64,000 nucleotides of DNA. It comes from Phoronis australis (lineage: Eukaryota; Animalia; Phoronida). Each line of letters opens with the position of its first letter. The stretch's first letter is position 1. Shown here piece by piece: positions 21,501-31,372 of this stretch. A program made the translations under genes and the position numbers. The stretch covers positions 466,958 through 530,957 of the forward strand of contig NMRA01000305.1 of the NCBI GenBank assembly GCA_002633005.1, given 5' to 3'. Below the pieces are notes generated by a model. It was given only the letters and a program-made list of their open reading frames with translations. It was not told the DNA's origin and searched no databases.

Positions 21501-24053
21501 AAGAATGCCTAGGAGGGGACGCCTGAGCACCTCCTGGAGGGGACGCTTGAGCACCTCCTGGAGGGGACGCTTGAGCATCTCCTGGAGGGGACGTCTGAGC
21601 ACCTCCTGGGGGGGACGCCTGAGCACCTCCTGGAGGGGACGCCTGAGCATCTCCTGGAGGGGACGTCTGAGCACCTCCTGGAGGGGACGCCTAAGCACCT
21701 CCTGGAATAGGAGTTTAGGCATCCCCCCTCTCTTACACATTCCAGTATGACTAACACCTAATATGTGCATGGACAATTATTAGTAAATCATTATCTTTAG
21801 TCATGCAGCATGCTGTGAATACCGTCCATGACATAAATCAAGATATTAAATTGCTAATAAATATTGATTGAATGATTCCAAAACATAGCTGCTTTAGTCC
21901 AATCTGCCCGAAAATGGACTGGTGTTGGTGCAACCCCGCCATATATCTGTGTCTAGTTTTGGCAAAATCTATCAAGCCGCTTTGACAATGACAGACAAGC
22001 AATATTTTGAAGAAAACTAAAATAACCAATAGGAGAGCCTAAGTATTCAAATCTGTCTGAAATCGACTGCTGTCATGGAATCCCAGTAATAAAAGCATGT
22101 GTCAAGTTTTACCAAAATCTGTCAAGCAATTAAGAATATGAAAATCTAGTCAAAAACTGAAATTGACAAAAGGGGGTGGTAGGGTAGACGAATTCAACCA
22201 AAAACCTTACAGGTGCCAAGCACCGAGAACAAAAAACTATCGTTCTTTTGATTGAGCCCCTCATGGACACAATTGTACCGTCAACTTTGAACCTGTCCAA
22301 ATAAAACTGCGCTAATGACCCAAAAAGGCAATCAAATTTCAACTCTGGTATCCCATATTATCTCATGACTTACAGAAAGCTGACACATCCTGTGCCCTTC
22401 TGGGGTGCCATCCAGACAAATGACAGGGCCTGCTGTGGCCGGTGACCCATGTGAGTGTGAACTATCTGACACAAAAAGTTCTGGCCCCTAGGTGACACCA
22501 CGCTTTGGTCAGGGCCAGCACGAGGTATAGATGGAGTGGTGTACATCCCCGTCAGTAAGAAGCCATCAAAGTTGATGGTGGAAGTCACAGTAACTGTAAC
22601 CAAGACGACAACATAAATATCAATGATTGTCAGTATGACAAAACAAAAAGTTTATTTGATAAGGGCTGGCAAGACAACTTTTTTATTTAGAAGATGCATT
22701 TTGTTTATAAAACGTTCATTACGTATTACTAAGTATATACCACAATTGTTTTGCCACCAAGAGCTAAATACAAAGCATACACAATAACAGTAGCACTAAC
22801 GGAAGCTTTTTCAATTACGGGGGTAACAGTGAAATTTTTTTTCACTCACTGTCAAATTCGGCAACAAAAAAGCACAATTTTCACAGCACATCTATCATCA
22901 AACGACATGGTTGATGAAGCTGTTAGCATTTGTAGCAATCTAGTCATGGAAGATATGATACTCATCAGTCTGCTTTTGGTTCTGAGCATGCTTTTTGGGA
23001 ACTGTGTATTAGATTTAACTGGAGTATACGATTTCGTATGATAAGAGATGAAAAAAAGAGGAAACTGGAAATCAAATAAGAGGAAATTGAAGTAAAAAAA
23101 GATGAAATCCTCTTAAAACAGGAAAATTCCAGGCCCTGTTAGTTTAGTTCAGCTCCGGGCTTTCAACATTTGGGAGGCTGATCTTCAATTCAGCATTTGG
23201 GAGGCTTACCTTCAATTCAACATTTGGGAGGCTTACCTTCAATTCAACATTTGGGAGGCTTACCTTCAATTCAACATGTGGGAGGCTTACCTTCAATTCA
23301 ACATTTGAGAGACTTATCTTCAATTCAACATTTTAGAGGCTTATCTTCAATTCAACATTTGGGAGGCTTATCTTCAATTCAAATGTTTAAAGTGCTATAA
23401 ATCTGCCTTCTATCAAGGAAACTTACTTTCAGTTTAGATCATGCTCTAAACCTGACGGTAAGATCACTGTTACAGAAACCACACAATGAATAGTCTCTGC
23501 AATGCGTCTCGGCGGCAAGTAATATGCAACAAATATTGCGAGACCGAGTCAATTATGTTTATATATACTTCAATTGTGTGGAAATATGAATAAATCACGC
23601 TACTGTGACACTGCAATTTAAATTACCTCCCTCGTGACAAACCAACTGTGTGCTCGTAAAAACCAACTTCGATATAGACCTCTTACAATTACTTATAAAA
23701 TTAATAAAGGTAAGTTTATCCCCACTTTGTTATTTTGTTCCATTTCTGGGTTTTTGCCATAGCGTCGATGAAGCCAGACAAATTTCTGCCGAGTTGTCAA
23801 CTTTTCTTTTGCAATCATGGCTGTACTTTATAAGCAGCAAACAAAACCCACCTCTGTAGAGTGTCCCAGGGACATAGAACTCTGGGTTGCCATCAATGTT
23901 CACGTTCAATGTGATCTCCCGTGAGACACTGTCTCTTTGACCTTGGTTGGCATGGTAATTACACACAAACATGAAGGGAGACAGAGTAGCGGGTAATACA
24001 GTCTCCACACTGGAGAGACGAGAACCGATCAAACACAAAGCGATAAACCACAT
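1490..24053 (-). CDS. RELN: Reelin, 5' part (signal peptide, reeler domain, N-terminal unique region, first reelin repeat with EGF motif); continues beyond the left edge
   Basis: 15 GT-AG exons that splice in frame: 24053-23852 (or its duplicate 25619-25418), 22593-22374, 21360-21290, 18658-18556, 18047-17951, 16637-16489, 15706-15412, 14867-14722, 13698-13550, 12661-12555, 11967-11759, 11195-11067, 10436-10327, 9810-9747, 1720-1490 (2282 nt). Peptides resemble vertebrate Reelin as I recall it: SPFMFVCNYH..IDGNPEFYVPG, FDGFLLTGMYT, LSFVWMAPQKGTGCVSFLATAT, CGSILHGNA, ASVLQFTVGSGSC, CWALDNV, NWLFFPGA, Asp-box FSTNHGRSW, RFRWRQ..WALDNVYIG, EGF CSGHGYC..GCRCDLGYHGDDC. Confidence 0.93.
2431..2538. 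repeat. 15-bp perfect tandem repeat (TGTGACAGGCTTAAG) x7
   Basis: Read directly. Confidence 0.95.
2770..3280 (+). mobile_element. 3' fragment of a non-LTR retrotransposon (LINE ORF2 C-terminus)
   Basis: QFRCSNQKIKIETGRH followed by a degenerate C..VED..HVLLEC..Y..LR motif typical of LINE ORF2 ends, then an AT-rich tail. Confidence 0.65.
4751..5024. mobile_element. ~270 bp MITE-like dispersed repeat, copy 1
   Basis: Similar to 16748-16996; ends TGGGCTTGG ... CCAGCCCAGAA form short inverted repeats. Confidence 0.65.
7041..8990 (+). CDS. Tripartite-motif E3 ubiquitin ligase with C-terminal NHL/beta-propeller (TRIM2/3/71-like), 649 aa, single coding exon
   Basis: ATG follows directly after a tactttgcag acceptor. 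RING CPICLE..LPCLHSYCEEC..CPIC; B-box1 CDIC..CIQC..FCREC..H; B-box2 CSVH..YCEQC..PICSLC..DH..H; coiled-coil; NHL-type repeats (PWDVTINAHGEIFITD, PRGVCVDQFGNTLVAD, WPTGVCV). AATAAA at 9223-9228. Confidence 0.93.
   Translation: MASNEQLEQLRRSLECPICLEQTRDPRALPCLHSYCEECLRQHMAEKEEHNMFPCPICNTKYPIPDEGVLGFKRNFFVANIGEILLKNDTIYCDICKIGRDREAEFICIQCRQHFCRECSQAHSFHTNDHRVVSLEEVKNGQHMDEMRRHQKVYCSVHQEKVLESYCEQCEIPICSLCYVLDHMKHKGTDIGNAAERATRVMRDLLEPWRNVAQHYEMLCEKLKQMVESLGQDQETCESEKHLSVVTCQVEDHQEKAIQRFDEQVQAAKKQAEAACDEAELNRGKFVSVLQYVNSILASANDAEKLQQFREIRKRLENLNVENVETQLNQPAHNLQPGKVESANLGLNALTILNYDSSSKLCQTLVKTVAVSCKSSAHRVASQPAVKEPAQLEQILSSQREGEKQGWCWALAVDDGVLVIVDGENQNVKGFGKNRFTFQFSLKQHKLKCPWDVTINAHGEIFITDRSIHGIVKYYATGGVIKVYPDLYVYGGYVTCHRNQLVVADTDGGRVMFMDYNCKVHYQIDARSLGLNTFSPRYICVNVNTGHLVAIEWEPGRVHVIDCDQPAIINTYRDKLSDYPRGVCVDQFGNTLVADLFYNRVILFTNARAHVMTPQGGVSWPTGVCVSAPGEVSVQEYDGQVKVFRYLDI
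9469..9566. repeat. (ATT)n microsatellite, imperfect
   Basis: Read directly. Confidence 0.95.
12920..13165 (-). mobile_element. Diverged copy of the same tRNA-derived SINE
   Basis: Shares GGTCTGATACAC, CATTGCAC.GATCACCTGGAA, TCAAGGGT.TAGCAGTGTG and CTAGGCCAC blocks with 18086-18333. Confidence 0.75.
14046..14563. repeat. Dispersed repeat family (probable non-autonomous DNA element); related copies at ~27340-27770 and ~28860-29452
   Basis: Shared blocks TGGGTCATGTGACCATG, AAATTTT..TTGATACAAA, AAGTTTCATA..AATCC.ATCAG..CTGAGATATGA, TGGACATTTTT..CCTACATA. Confidence 0.65.
15702..15940. repeat. ~29-30 bp degenerate tandem repeat abutting a Reelin splice acceptor
   Basis: Unit GGTG(A/C)TGAAGATGGAACATTATGGAATA; the first unit contains the acceptor at 15707-15708. 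Confidence 0.85.
16748..16996. mobile_element. ~250 bp MITE-like dispersed repeat, copy 2
   Basis: Shares TGGGCTTGGAGGGGG.TAACTAAT.CGCATAGTG, TGAAATTGACATGCAAG and GTAGCC.AGCCCAGAA with 4751-5024. Confidence 0.65.
18086..18333 (-). mobile_element. tRNA-derived SINE with 11-bp target-site duplication
   Basis: Minus-strand head GGCGGTGTGGCCTAGTTGATAAG (A box) ...GGTTCGAGTACC (B box) and AT-rich tail. Flanked by AAATTGGACAA at 18075-18085 and 18334-18344. Confidence 0.85.
18930..19365. repeat. 30-bp minisatellite (ATAGCTAGTCTATATAATAAACCTGTCTCC-type), ~14 copies
   Basis: Read directly. Confidence 0.95.
19376..21130. mobile_element. Fold-back (palindromic) MITE-like element split by the TA-element insertion
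   Basis: 19376-19488 is the reverse complement of ~21017-21130 (AAAAACAATG.CA.ATTTGAAATGGCTTGACATGTTT...CAGTGGCCACCTTGCT.GGC..AACAACAAGTA). Confidence 0.75.
19487..20977. mobile_element. Non-autonomous TIR DNA transposon with TA target duplication (Tc1/mariner-pogo-like termini), carrying a HIRAN-like coding relic
   Basis: TA-CCGTATTCACCGTAGTAACCGCCCA ... TGGGCGGTTATTACGGCAAATACGG-TA, ~25 bp imperfect TIRs. An inverted full-length sister copy is at 42424-43856. Confidence 0.88.
21510..21707. repeat. 24-bp GC-rich minisatellite (GGAGGGGACGCCTGAGCACCTCCT), ~8 copies
   Basis: Read directly. Confidence 0.95.
22661..23138. repeat. Dispersed repeat family with AGGGC/GCCCT ends; related pieces at ~2605-2715, ~37163-37205 and 45390-45633
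   Basis: Shared AAAAGAGGAAACTGGAAATCAAAT..AGAGGAAAT and terminal GGAAAATTCC.(A/G)GCCCT. Confidence 0.6.
23163..23385. repeat. 24-bp minisatellite (TTCAACATTTGGGAGGCTTACCTTCAA-type); repeated at 24749-24950
   Basis: Read directly. Confidence 0.92.
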
Positions 24054-24695
24054 CCTGAAAAAATGGAAAAATTTAAAGAATGGTCGTCGGACAACTGCCA
24101 TCAACTGATATGTGAAATCAATTTTTCTTGATGTATGGTTGACATGATAACCCATCATAATGACAATATATTCGGTGAATCATAACAGGTAAATTTAAAA
24201 TTAATTAAAACATAATTTGATATACCAATTAAATTTTCCAAGCTACAGATTACAACAGTTAGTTTAATGAAACCATATTCGGTTGCCTACTTTAATTCCC
24301 AATCTTCTAAATATTAGAAAAATGTATTAATATTCCTATCTTGGATGAATCGAAATTTCCACATTTTAATCAACATTCAAATAGTTGAAATGCTACAAGA
24401 GTGCAAAGCCATTAGGAAAATTTTGCAAAGTTTCAAATTTGAGACGCCTAATGGCTAAAGAACATTAAATAAACTTAATGTTGATCACTAAAAGAACACA
24501 GTCACAATCTATTGAGACTCAGTTAATGTTGATCACTAAAAGAACACAGTCAAAATCTATTGAGACTCAGTTAATGTTGATCATTAAAAGAACACAGTCA
24601 CAATCTATTGAGACTCAGTTAATGTTGATCACTAAAAGAACACAGTCACAATCTATTGAGACTCAGTTAATGTTGAGCGCTAAAAGAACACAGTC

Positions 24696-24748
24696 NNNNN
24701 NNNNNNNNNNNNNNNNNNNNNNNNNNNNNNNNNNNNNNNNNNNNNNNN
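24696..24748. other. Assembly gap (N run)
   Basis: Run of N between two near-identical ~1.5 kb blocks. Confidence 0.99.
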
Positions 24749-25417
24749 CTTCAATTCAACATTTGGGAGGCTTACCTTCAATTCAACATTTGGGAGGCTT
24801 ACCTTCAATTCAACATTTGGGAGGCTTACCTTCAATTCAACATTTGGGAGGCTTACCTTCAATTCAACATTTGAGAGACTTATCTTCAATTCAACATTTT
24901 GGAGGCTTATCTTCACTTCAACATTTGGGAGGCTTATCTTCAATTCAAATGTTTAAAGTGCTATAAATCTGCCTTCTATCAAGGAAACTTACTTTCAGTT
25001 TAGATCATGCTCTAAACCTGACAGTAAGATCACCGTTACAGAAACCACACACTGAATAGTCTCTGCAATGCGTCTCGGCGGCGAGTAATATGCAACAAAA
25101 ATTGCGAGACAGAGTCAATTATGTTTATATATACTTCAATTGTGTGGAAATATGAATAAATCACGCTACTGTGACACTGCAATTTAAATTACCTCCCTCG
25201 TGACAAACCAACTGTGTGCTCGTAGAAACCAACTTCGATATAGACCTCTTACAATTACTTATAAAATTAATAAAGGTAAGTTTATCCCCACTTTGTTATT
25301 TTGTTCCATTTCTGGGTTTTTGCCATAACGTCGATGAAGCCAGACAAATTTCTGCCGAGTTGTCAACTTTTCTTTTGCAATCATGGCTGTACTTTATAAG
25401 CAGCAAACAAAACCCAC

Positions 25418-25619
25418 CTCTGTAGAGTGTCCCAGGGACATAGAACTCTGGGTTGCCGTCAATGTTCACGTTCAATGTGATCTCCCGGGAGACACTGTCT
25501 CTTTGACCTTGGTTGGCATGGTAATTACACACAAACATGAAGGGAGACAGAGTAGCGGGTAATACAGTCTCCACACTGGAGAGACAAGAACCGATCAAAC
25601 ACAAAGCGATAAACCACAT
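25418..25619 (-). CDS. RELN: Second copy of the Reelin first coding exon (MWFIALCLIGSCLSS...PGTLYR)
   Basis: 202 nt, near-identical to 23852-24053, with the same acceptor (tttcag|G ATG) and donor (G|gtggg). It lies in a ~1.5 kb block duplicated across the N gap at 24696-24748. Confidence 0.75.
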
Positions 25620-26029
25620 CCTGAAAAAAATGGAAAAATTTAAAGAATGGTCGTAGGATAACTGCCATCAACTGATATGTGAAATCAATTTTTCTTGATG
25701 TATGGTTGATATGATAACCCATATATTCGGTGAATCATAACAGGTAAATTTAAAATTAATAAAAACATAATTTGATATACCAATTAAATTTTCCAAGCTA
25801 CAGATTACAACACTCAGTTTAATGAAACCATATTCAGTTGCCTACTTTAATTCCCTATCTTCTAAATATTAAAAAAAATGTATTAATATTCCTATTTTGG
25901 ATGAATCGAAATTTCCACATTTTAATCAACATTCAAATTGTTGATCAAACACAAGAGTGCAAAGCCATTAGGAAAATTTTGCAAAGTTTCAAATTTGAGA
26001 AGCCTAATGGCTAAAGAACATTCAATAAA

Positions 26030-26511
26030 CTTAATGTTGATCACTAAAAGAACACAGTCACAATCTATTGAGACTCAGTTAATGTTGATCACTAAAAGAA
26101 CACAGTCACAATCTATTGAGACTCAGTTAATATTGAGCATTAAAAGAACACAGTCACAATCTATTGAGACTTAGTTAATGTTGATCACTAAAAGAACACA
26201 AATCGCAACCTATTGAGAATCAGTTAAAGTTGATCGCTAAAAGAACAGTCACAATCTATTGAGACTCAGTTAATGTTGATCAATAAAAGAACACAGTCAC
26301 AATCTATTGAGACTCAGTTAATGTTGATCACTAAAAGAACACAGTCACAATCTATTGAGACTCAGTTAATGCTGAGCGCTAAAAGAACACAGTCACAATC
26401 TATTGAGACTCAGTTAATGCTGAGCGCTAAAAGAACACAGTCACAATCTATTGAGACTCAGTTAATGTTGATCAATAAAAGAACACAATCACAATCTATT
26501 AAGACTCAGTT
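26030..26511. repeat. 45-bp minisatellite (TTAATGTTGATCACTAAAAGAACACAGTCACAATCTATTGAGACTCAG-type); also 24476-24695 running into the gap
   Basis: Read directly. Confidence 0.92.
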
Positions 26512-28383
26512 ATTTTCTGAGACATGCTTCGACATAATATGTCTGACACGTGGAATTTTGTTTTCTCATTTTTTCATACATGGTAGTACTAGAATGATAC
26601 TGTGCTATATATTAACAACTGTATCATAGCTTGCAATAGAATATATTTTTGAAAATTACACATTACATTAAAAGTTCTTGAAAATTGAAAGAGCACACTT
26701 TAGGGAATTAATTTTGTCCCAAACTAGTAAGATTTTACCTCGTTTTAATGATATGTGTAGAATGTCCATAGCTGTTGAATGACTAAAGCTCAACATGCAG
26801 AAAATTCAACAAACAAAAATATTTTTTTAGTTTTGATCATGCTTATGATGCCATACAAATTGGAAAAAACGCTCATGGCCAGCCCATAGAATCCTGTAAT
26901 TGGTTGACTTACCCAGGCCACAAAAGCATGTGGTTCTCTTAAACTAACAAACATGTCATTAATCAGAACTCAGCTGAGCCCCTTCAGAGATAACAATAAA
27001 CAATTATGTGGAGAATGTCTGTCAAATGGAACATAATTCAAAGAAGCTCAATACTTCACTGAAGTGGACAACCCATAACTCACCAGCAACAAAGGCTTAT
27101 AAGGAACATGTGTTTTGTTCCCAGAACCAGCAGCTAATGCAAGAACAATAGAGTTGGAAGATTTTCTTAACTTTGTTTAAACATCAACAACGAATTAATA
27201 GTCAGCAGTTAATTTAGAAGGATTTACTTGAGATATGCCAACAATAGTTCAATCCATGTTTCTTTCATTGCAACTAAGATCATAATGAAATTATGTTACT
27301 GAAAAGATTCAATTTGCATACTTCTATATTCAATGTTGGGCAAAAACAATGGCGCAAGGTGATGGGGGTAATTCTCCGAAAAAAGTGCCCAAAATAGCAT
27401 CTAAGAGCTACACAGCAATGATGCTAGACATGGGGTGACTAATTTTTTGGAACAAAAATTCAAAGTTTGAGCTTAATGTTATGCAGGATCTTATCAACAA
27501 AAAACTAGGGATTTTAAATATTATAATTTAAAGAACTTGACTTTTCACCAATCCGTCAGTAATTGGGTCATGTGACCATGCCTTAAATTGGTAAAATGTA
27601 TCAAAATGGAAACTAAAAAAAAATTTTCATTCATTTGAAAAACAACAGGTTTAAGAACATGGACAAATTTTGTTTGATACAAATTCTCCAAGACAAAATC
27701 TCAAAACCAGTGTTAGTTTTCTAAAACATCGTAATTCATTTTCACTTTTGCAAATTTAGGTATTTTTCATAAGGACAACACACAAAACAGCAGGAACGAT
27801 GGCTTGAGGAACACGTGCTTTGTCCTGGGGTCTGTTTTCATAAAAAGTGACTCAAGACGCAAGACAGAAATTTGGTCTTACACTCCTACATCACAATTGC
27901 TGAACACAGTAGAGCAGCACTGGTCGGATAAAGCAGTCCCTGCTTTCGAGAACATGGCAATCACTGAATAACGCGCCTGTTATTCAGTGGATGAAACTGA
28001 TTCTCAAATTCAGGGACCGCTTTATAGGACCAGTGCCTGTAGAGTCAAGCATATATCATGAGCCTGTCACAGAAGAAATTATCTCAGCAACTACAAGTTA
28101 CTTGTATATTCTCAGACACTTTACACATTTGCTCAAGTGCCATCTGACTATTTTTCAGAGACAACTGTATGGAGCGCAAAACCAAATTTTTGTTTGAAGA
28201 CGCAAGTTACTTTTTACGAAACAGACCCAAGTTGAAGGGAAAAGGAACCAAATTTCACCATAACAAGCTTTCTTATTATCTAAATGAAGTTTATCGAGAC
28301 AAAACAGAGAGGACATAACACCAAAAAGAATTACTTCATATTACAAAAGAAATACAGTACAGAAGCCCCAATGGAAAGAAGAC

Positions 28384-28396
28384 GCACTCACCTGCG
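28384..28396 (-). promoter_or_regulatory. Candidate donor of a non-coding first exon of Reelin
   Basis: The Reelin ATG exon begins with an acceptor, so an upstream UTR exon is required. A consensus CAG|GTGAGT lies at 28392/28391, and an alternative GG|GTAAGT lies near 26912. No transcript evidence. Confidence 0.3.
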
Positions 28397-31372
28397 TTCT
28401 AAAACTGTCTTAAAGATCAGCAGTATTTCTCCCAACCAGCAGCCATTCTAGTTAGTTGAAATGTAGCAGAACATCTGTCTGCAGGCCAACAGTAGCCAGA
28501 GTCACAATAAACAATAGATAAGAAAAAAGTTATTGTTTGCAACAGCTCTCTCCCCTACTGTCAGGCTTTGGAAACAGAGATGTTGTACAGTACAAGCCAA
28601 AAGTATTCAGCCAAAATGACCCGGAATTCTGCTGTCATGGCTGAAGCCGAATTCATTGTCCGTCAGTGATATTTTTTCTCGTGACAGAGAATGACGGGAA
28701 TCAACAAAGACAGTTAATAAGACAGCCAAATCATTCTGTTGTTTGAGTTTTGCAACCCTAAAGGTTACCACCATAAACTTTTGCTGTTAGCCGGCATGAT
28801 GGGGAAAACAAGATTTTGTCCGATTACTTTTACCTTGCACTGTATCTACAAAAAAAAAACAGGGCAATGGTGCCATACAAAGCTTTTAATTTTTCTTTTT
28901 GGAAAGACAAATCCCCAGTTAGAGTTTAGGGATATGGAGGCCCTTATCTACAAGCCTGTGCACAAAGCAAAACTCTGCAAAATTGTAAATATTAAAAGCA
29001 TAAATTTTCTGAAAGTAGAAAGCCTGTAGAATTTGAATTTGTTTTTTACCAATGCGTCAGTTACTAGGTCACATGACCATGTCTTAAATATTAAGTAAAA
29101 TGCAACAAAATGGATACAAAAGTACATTCATGGAAAAACGGTTTAAAGAACATGGTCAAATTTTGTTTGATAAAAATGTTCAAAGATGAAATTTCTACAG
29201 CTATCTAAAATACATATTCATTTCATTCTCATTTGATGCAATTTTTTGATATTTTCATAAAACTTATAAAAGTCATATATTTGACGGTCCCTCATACAAA
29301 AGTGGCACACTTTAAAAATTAATTTCTAATAAGACTCTGGAGTTCAGTGCATAAACCATGATATCTGAAAGTTTCATATGAATCCGATCAGCCACGTCTG
29401 AGATATGAACTTCTGAAGTTTGCCAATCTTGGACATTTTTAGGGTCCTACATAAACCTTTAAATAGAAAATAAACTCGGTAAGCCAAAACTGGACTATTT
29501 CAATCGACAGTTTAATGAACCTTTGCTCTAGCAGACAGCAGGAAAATTATAAAATGTCTACTGCATTAAACAGCTGGGAGTCTCTAACAAACCAGTGAAA
29601 TATAAAATGATACTGTAACTCTTTCATCAAGAAAAAATGATACTGTGTAACACATTCATCAAGAAATAAAATGTAATAAGATTTCCATAAATTACTTGAT
29701 ATTTATTCATTATACAGGTTTAACAAAAATACAACAACATTTACAATATAATTCTATGAAGTTAAGTATAAATCCTTTCACAACATATTTCAAGTGTCCA
29801 TGTGAAAATTTAGTTGAACTGATTGGAAATTTTCAACAATTTAGTCACGCCACCAAATATACAATATCGGTGACTTAAATGCGATTCCACCTCTATCGAA
29901 TAAAACATTTGCTAAGTACTAAGTTTTCAAAACCTGTTTAACGCTTATTTTTACTGACAACAGGTATTCTTCAATATCCATAAACAACAGCCTGCGAACA
30001 CAAGACTCTCACGGAGAAATCAATAAAACCCTGCTTCACACATGAACAAACCATGGTCTCAAAACTTGCCACAAGGTCCAATGCAAACCATTCGGTGGTG
30101 CATTGCCTAGACAGTTCTCAGAGCTTGTTTCATGTACTGTTATCTTTGCACAAGACATATCAGTAAACAAGCAGCAATTTCAATATTATATATTTATGTC
30201 ACATAAATAGAACTCTGGTGTTTTCATAACCTGTGTCCTGTCAGTATACTCATTTGTCAACAAACTTTTTTACAGAATAATTTCTTCTAACATAACAGAA
30301 ATGCTAGTTCGACTATTTGAAAACAATAAAACCTGACTTAAAGAAATACCCCAAAAATAGTGGAATGAATAAAAGTTCAAGACTTGTAAGTTGCCATTAT
30401 AAATTACACTGCCCCCTCACAACCTGTAGACAGTGCAATACCATGAGACCATTTGTGTTTCCATGGGAATAATTCCTAATCTGGTGGAAATGATCACAGG
30501 TGCACTCATTTCTAACAAAGATTTATACGCTCAATTAATTCGGGCATGTCTCTTTGCATAGGCTTGACTGGCAACTTGACTGGGGTAAAGCACCTCGCCT
30601 GGGCTAGTCTTGGTGTATGAAGGTCATTTAACCCTATGACATGTTTTAAACATTTCTTATTAGTTTCTTCATTTGCATATTAAGTTGATCAAATACTTAA
30701 AATGCAAATCAAATATTATTTTGTTTAATTTGCTTTATATAAAATTGATAGGCATAGTTAGGGTGTCCATCCTTAAAAAGACAACAGAAGCTTAAGTACT
30801 AACAAAAGTACTCATTGTTTACTTGACAGCTGAAGCTATATCCAGACCTAAGACTAATTAGATGAACACTGACATAGACCATAGCTGAGGTCTTTGATAA
30901 GGGATGCGCTAACTTATCTTTGCAGTGTGTGGGAGGCAAAACAACAGCAAGGGGACATTCAGGTTCACATTAAGTTACCAGAGCAGACCAGGAATTGACC
31001 TATTGCCAGGACTTTGAGTGACAACTTAACTGACCAATCAGAACGCAGCATTCTTGACACACCTTCGTTTCCAAGCCACCATTTTATCCGACAGATAACA
31101 CGTTGCCGGGTAAAACTTATTGTTTATTTGTCGAAATTTATCAAGGGGGTGGAGCTTGCGATAGATCAATCAACCTCCGCTGTGAGCATGAATTATCCTA
31201 TGCTTCACACGGAGCATTTAAATTATGCAATCATTACAATAAATGCCTTGAAATCTTCAAAGTTTTCATGCAACTTCAACATGATTATAATGAAACAAAA
31301 CAAAAGAATCCAGCAGCACTGATGAAAATGAAGAGATGTTACCATGGGGACGACTTCCACCTCCAATGGCAG

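Noticed and set aside
21420-21776. ORFs with repeated peptides (QEVLRRPL, SIQHLGGL, ITKRTQSQSIETQ, HLSLS, HHRIE)
   Set aside because: They are translations of intronic or intergenic tandem repeats, often open in several frames, with no splice context.
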